From Candidatus Kaiserbacteria bacterium (GTDB lineage: Bacteria > Patescibacteriota > Minisyncoccia > Phycocordibacterales > UBA2100), in NCBI GenBank assembly GCA_016867375.1, contig VGJQ01000003.1, positions 1 through 47,532 of the forward strand: a DNA stretch of 47,532 nt, read 5' to 3'. Made by a program: the position numbers and the translations under genes. Position 1 is the stretch's first letter. Each line of letters starts with the position of its first letter. Positions 44,029-47,532 of this stretch are shown piece after piece. The notes beneath the pieces were generated by a model that saw only the letters and a list, made by a program, of their open reading frames with translations, searched no databases and was not told the DNA's origin.

Positions 44029-44099
44029 GTGAGGATGTCGAGGTGGTGCGCACACAACTGCTCGAAAATGTCCGGCGTGTGTTTGCAGTTAGGATTTGA
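44029..44099 (+). pseudogene. orphan copy of the tatD 3' end
   Basis: GEDVEVVRTQLLENVRRVFAVRI* versus the tatD C-terminus SEDIETVRTQLLENARRVFGVT*. The core gtgcgcacacaactgctcgaaaatg is identical. Confidence 0.85.
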
Positions 44100-44160
44100 C
44101 TTATTTCTCACGACTAGGTATCCTGCTCACGGATACCTTTCAGGCAAGTAGGAGAGGACA

Positions 44161-44529
44161 ATGGTAAGTGAAGTGGAACGTAAGGTCGCGGCGAGTCTTG
44201 GCCTGAGTGAGGTTGAAGTGGCGCTCATCAACCGGGCGGGCGGGGTGCAGCGCCAACAGCTGGAACTCGAGCTACTTGAAGAACTAAAGACATGCGATAT
44301 GGCACGCGTCAGAGAAATATACGATGCGGCGTCTAGTGGGTCTACGTTGGAACAACAGGCATATTGTCGTTGGTGCGAACTTATCGACCAGGCGATAGCT
44401 GCAGCCACGCGGCTGCACGACCTGGAGCCGATACTTGCAGTGGCACCAATTGCGTATAGGCCCACAGCCAAGAAGAAAGCGGTCAATAAAGGTGTGGAGA
44501 TGTTGAGTGGCACAAGACGAGAGTCTTGA
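44161..44529 (+). CDS. hypothetical protein
   Basis: 122-aa ORF with an AGGAGAGG Shine-Dalgarno sequence. A hairpin terminator lies at about 44536-44575. Confidence 0.45.
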   Translation: MVSEVERKVAASLGLSEVEVALINRAGGVQRQQLELELLEELKTCDMARVREIYDAASSGSTLEQQAYCRWCELIDQAIAAATRLHDLEPILAVAPIAYRPTAKKKAVNKGVEMLSGTRRES

Positions 44530-44612
44530 CAGGACGCAGGGCGCGACCATCCAATTGGTCGCGCCCCCTTTCTTGCAGGAGCCCAGGAGCTGTGCTACAG
44601 TGCCCCCTACAT

Positions 44613-45131
44613 ATGGCAAAAGCAAAAGCAGGCGCAATCGAGACTCAGGATGTCGCACAGGAGGCGGCAGAATCTCGTATTTATGAGGTCGGTTACCACA
44701 TCATCCCCACCGTCAAGGAGGAGAATCTTGATGCGGTAGTCGGCAAAGTCCGCTCTATCATAGAAAAGGCAGGAGGTTCGTTTATCGCCGAAGGCGCTCC
44801 GGTCGCGATGAAGCTTAGTTACCCGATGTCTATCCGCGAAAATGAGCGTCACACCGAATACGATCACAGCTTCTTCGGCTGGCTCAAATTTGAGGCCCCT
44901 GCCGAGGCGGTACTTGCGCTCGAAAAGGCACTCAAGGCCGACATGCAGATCCTCCGCCACATCGTCTTCCGCACGGTCCGCGAGGAGACACGCGCTCGCC
45001 TCAAGCTCGGCACTTTGCGCGAGGTGCGCCGTACTGATACCATCAAGCCAGTCCGCCGTGTAGAGGAGGTCGCGGCGCCGGTCTCTGAGGTGGATCTCGA
45101 CAAGGCACTCGAAGAGCTTACGACGGACTAA
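44613..45131 (+). CDS. rpsF: ribosomal protein S6 with N- and C-terminal extensions
   Basis: RIYEVGYHIIP core. Position in the rpsF-ssb-rpsR operon. Confidence 0.8.
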   Translation: MAKAKAGAIETQDVAQEAAESRIYEVGYHIIPTVKEENLDAVVGKVRSIIEKAGGSFIAEGAPVAMKLSYPMSIRENERHTEYDHSFFGWLKFEAPAEAVLALEKALKADMQILRHIVFRTVREETRARLKLGTLREVRRTDTIKPVRRVEEVAAPVSEVDLDKALEELTTD

Positions 45132-45136
45132 TCACT

Positions 45137-45613
45137 ATGTATATCAATAAAGCCCTCATCTTTGGCAATCTCACGCGCGATCCCGAATTGCGCGCGCTTC
45201 CGTCGGGGATGAATGTCGCGAGCTTCTCGATCGCGACCAATCGCGTGTTTAAAGACCGTGATGGCAAGAAGCAGGAGCAGACCGATTTTCATAATATCGT
45301 TGTCTTCGGACGCGAAGCCGACATCGTCAGTCAGTATCTCAAGAAAGGCTCTTCTGCATTCATCGAAGGACGCATCCAGAATCGTAGCTGGGACGACAAA
45401 AAGACGGGCGAGAAGAAATACCGCACCGAAATCGTCGCCGATCATGTCCAGTTTGGGCCGAAAGGCTCTGGGGGTGCCGGTGGTTCTGGCGGGGGAGGCA
45501 ATTACGCTTCCAACAACGCCCAGCGAGATGAATCATCAGATCATTCATCCGGAGGTGGCTCAGGGATAGATTACCCGAAAGAAGACATCAATCCCGACGA
45601 CATCCCGTTCTAA
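45137..45613 (+). CDS. ssb: single-stranded DNA-binding protein
   Basis: OB-fold N-terminus, Gly-rich linker, acidic DDIPF tail. Confidence 0.9.
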   Translation: MYINKALIFGNLTRDPELRALPSGMNVASFSIATNRVFKDRDGKKQEQTDFHNIVVFGREADIVSQYLKKGSSAFIEGRIQNRSWDDKKTGEKKYRTEIVADHVQFGPKGSGGAGGSGGGGNYASNNAQRDESSDHSSGGGSGIDYPKEDINPDDIPF

Positions 45614-45646
45614 AAAGTAAAAGAAAAAATATAAAATTAAAAAAAT

Positions 45647-45841
45647 ATGAACATTTTGACTCAAAACGACATACAGCACATCGACTACAAAGATGTTGAC
45701 TTGCTCAAGCAATTCATCAATCCGCACGGCCGCATGATGAGTCGCCGCCGCGCCGAGCTCACCTCGCGTCAGCAGCGTGCAGTCGAGGCCGCCGTCAAGC
45801 GTGCCCGCTTCATGGGCCTTCTCCCATACGTGCAGAAGTAA
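45647..45841 (+). CDS. rpsR: ribosomal protein S18
   Basis: IDYKDVDLLKQFI...R.LTSRQQRAVEAAVKRARFMGLLPY. Confidence 0.9.
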   Translation: MNILTQNDIQHIDYKDVDLLKQFINPHGRMMSRRRAELTSRQQRAVEAAVKRARFMGLLPYVQK

Positions 45842-45860
45842 TATTTCACAATATGATAAG

Positions 45861-45892
45861 AAACAGGCGGACCCTATGGGTCCGCCTGTTTT
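45861..45892 (+). terminator. intrinsic terminator
   Basis: aaacaggcggaccc-tat-gggtccgcctgttt. Confidence 0.75.
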
Positions 45893-45939
45893 AGTGCTAT
45901 AAGTGAGACCAGATATACATATCGAAAAGGGAGGCATAC

Positions 45940-46374
45940 ATGGCCATACCGCACGTTACCGCGCTCATTCTAGAAGAGAGAATCACTCTCAGGCAGGTAT
46001 CTGTCATTTTGCGTCAGGCGTGCGCATCTGATACGAGTTTTGATCCGCTTGGATGGTCAATTGATATGCCGTGGTGGGGACACTGTGCTGCGGTATCACT
46101 CATCATTCAGGATTATTTCGACGGCACTATCATGCGTCAGTCGCTCGAGCATGTCCCGGGATTTGAGAAATTTCGATCGCACTATTCCAACAGACTTCCA
46201 AGCAGTGAAGATGTTGATCTGACGATCGGCCAGCTTCGGAATCTCTTACCGACAGATACACCCAAAGAAGAGCGGACGAGGCAGCAGATGCTCCACAATC
46301 TCGACATGCTTCGACGATATGAGACGCTCAAGGGTCGGTTTGAGAGGAAGCTTGCTCAGACGCTGATATGGTGA
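45940..46374 (+). CDS. hypothetical protein (possibly YunG-like)
   Basis: 144-aa ORF. The W..GHCAAVSLIIQDYFDG pattern recalls the YunG family, from memory only. Confidence 0.45.
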   Translation: MAIPHVTALILEERITLRQVSVILRQACASDTSFDPLGWSIDMPWWGHCAAVSLIIQDYFDGTIMRQSLEHVPGFEKFRSHYSNRLPSSEDVDLTIGQLRNLLPTDTPKEERTRQQMLHNLDMLRRYETLKGRFERKLAQTLIW

Positions 46375-46382
46375 TCTATGAA

Positions 46383-46410
46383 AGCGGCCGCGACATACAT
46401 GTCGCGGCCG
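46383..46410. terminator. bidirectional hairpin between convergent genes
   Basis: gcggccgcgaca-taca-tgtcgcggccgc, a 12-bp stem. Confidence 0.65.
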
Positions 46411-46463
46411 CTATCTTTCTGAATTCACTACCTCCTATACCACTAACCACTAGTGGCTATCCA

Positions 46464-47030
46464 TTACACCCGCTCCGTGTACTCGCCGCTCTCGGTGTTG
46501 ATGCGGATCACGTCACCTGCTTCGATAAACATCGGCACGGTGATCTTGGCACCGGTCTCGAGCTCTACGAGCTTATCACCACCCTGGGCGGTGTTGCCGC
46601 GGGTATTGGGCGGGGCCTCGGTCACTTTGAGCTCGACTTTGACGGGCACATTGACCTGCACTGGTTCGTCGTCAAACCATCGCACTGTCACTTCGGTATT
46701 ACTCTTGAGCCATTTGCCCGCATCGCCGATCATGTCGTCGGAGAGCTCGAAGCGCTTGGACTTGTCCTCGGCTTCGTGAAAGACCCACTCGCCGTTGCGG
46801 TGATAGATGAAGATTGCTTGGCGATTTTCTACCTCGGCCTCTTCGACCTTGTCGGAGACATGGAACGTGTGTTCCATGATCGAGCCACTCTTGAGATTGC
46901 GTAGTTTGGCCTGATTGACCGGCTTGCGCTGCTGTTTGCGGAAGACCCACGCAGAGACGACCTCGTACGGTTCGTCGTCCATGATAATAAGCTTCTTCGG
47001 AAGCACGTCATTGTATGCGAGCATTGCCAT
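46464..47030 (-). CDS. efp: elongation factor P
   Basis: Collinear by eye with E. coli EF-P over all three domains (..GDVIRINTESGEYTERV C-terminus). The tip loop is atypical (see findings). Confidence 0.85.
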   Translation of the reverse strand: MAMLAYNDVLPKKLIIMDDEPYEVVSAWVFRKQQRKPVNQAKLRNLKSGSIMEHTFHVSDKVEEAEVENRQAIFIYHRNGEWVFHEAEDKSKRFELSDDMIGDAGKWLKSNTEVTVRWFDDEPVQVNVPVKVELKVTEAPPNTRGNTAQGGDKLVELETGAKITVPMFIEAGDVIRINTESGEYTERV

Positions 47031-47069
47031 ATGGCAGGATTGTATAGTATTTGGGCCATTCTGTCGCTA

Positions 47070-47098
47070 TTGACATAATATTATGTACAGTATATAAT
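47070..47098 (+). promoter_or_regulatory. consensus sigma70 promoter TTGACA-17-TATAAT
   Basis: Exact consensus hexamers with a 17-nt spacer, 42 nt upstream of the GTG at 47141. Confidence 0.6.
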
Positions 47099-47140
47099 TA
47101 CTAGTAGTAAGAATCTTGGTTAGTCTAGAAGGAGGAAGAT

Positions 47141-47422
47141 GTGAATACCATAGCTTCTACTCAAATCGAACAGGTGCGGTCGAGACTCGGGGCGTTTACC
47201 GTAAACCAGCTTCGGAAGGCGCGTGTCATTTGCCCATGTGTGCCGGATCCGAGTAATCCAGGCGGTTACTACGATCGTTGGGTCATACTCGAATTCCGTA
47301 GTCGTTTTCTCGGCATTCTTCGGAGGAAGATCCTCTACTTCGAACCCACCGCATTCGACGACGACAATCAAATGCGTGTGAACGATTATGTTAGGCGACT
47401 GATTGCCGCAGTTACCTACTGA
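47141..47422 (+). CDS. hypothetical protein
   Basis: 93-aa ORF with a GTG start after GGAGGAAG. A hairpin terminator lies at about 47436-47470. Confidence 0.45.
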   Translation: MNTIASTQIEQVRSRLGAFTVNQLRKARVICPCVPDPSNPGGYYDRWVILEFRSRFLGILRRKILYFEPTAFDDDNQMRVNDYVRRLIAAVTY

Positions 47423-47532
47423 TATACGGAAAACTAGCTCTGCCGAACCACTATACTCGGCAGAGCTCTTTATATTGGAGAACGTCGAGATTGCTTCGCG
47501 GCTTTGCTACGGGATCGACGAGGCGGATGTCT

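Noticed and set aside
44033-44045. tgtcgagg 8-mer identical to the core of palindromes P1/P2
   Set aside because: Here it is simply the coding sequence (DVEV) of the orphan tatD fragment, with no palindromic partner. An 8-mer match is expected by chance.
1-47532. CRISPR arrays, rRNA genes, integrases or transposases
   Set aside because: I found no regularly spaced short direct repeats, no rRNA-like sequence, and no ORF with tyrosine- or serine-recombinase or DDE-transposase motifs in the six-frame translations.

Overview
The window reads as a small-genome, Patescibacteria/CPR-like (Parcubacteria-type) bacterium, inferred from gene content only. The core genes are argS, ileS, glyQS, a metG lacking the C-terminal tRNA-binding domain (encoded separately at 5739-6074), secE-nusG, rplK, rplS, rpsF-ssb-rpsR, efp, recO, ruvX, tatD, pilMNO and four tRNAs (Arg-TCT, Val-TAC, Leu-GAG, His-GTG). 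This backbone is interrupted many times by small accessory cassettes. I count six type II toxin-antitoxin modules: three MNT/HepT (one with a truncated HepT), RHH-MazF, Phd/RelE-like and HicAB. There is also a free-standing LAGLIDADG endonuclease, a truncated Pif1-like helicase and several orphan gene fragments. The main finding is structural. Five cassettes are each bracketed by a duplicated end of the adjacent core gene, and no recombinase is encoded in the window. There is also a small MITE-like element in three copies. One copy sits with a TA target duplication inside a gene whose intact paralog is 2.6 kb away. Finally, long perfect palindromes lie exactly at gene-truncation junctions. No CRISPR array, rRNA, integrase or transposase was seen. 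All calls rest on reading the sequence and the ORF translations. No database search was run.
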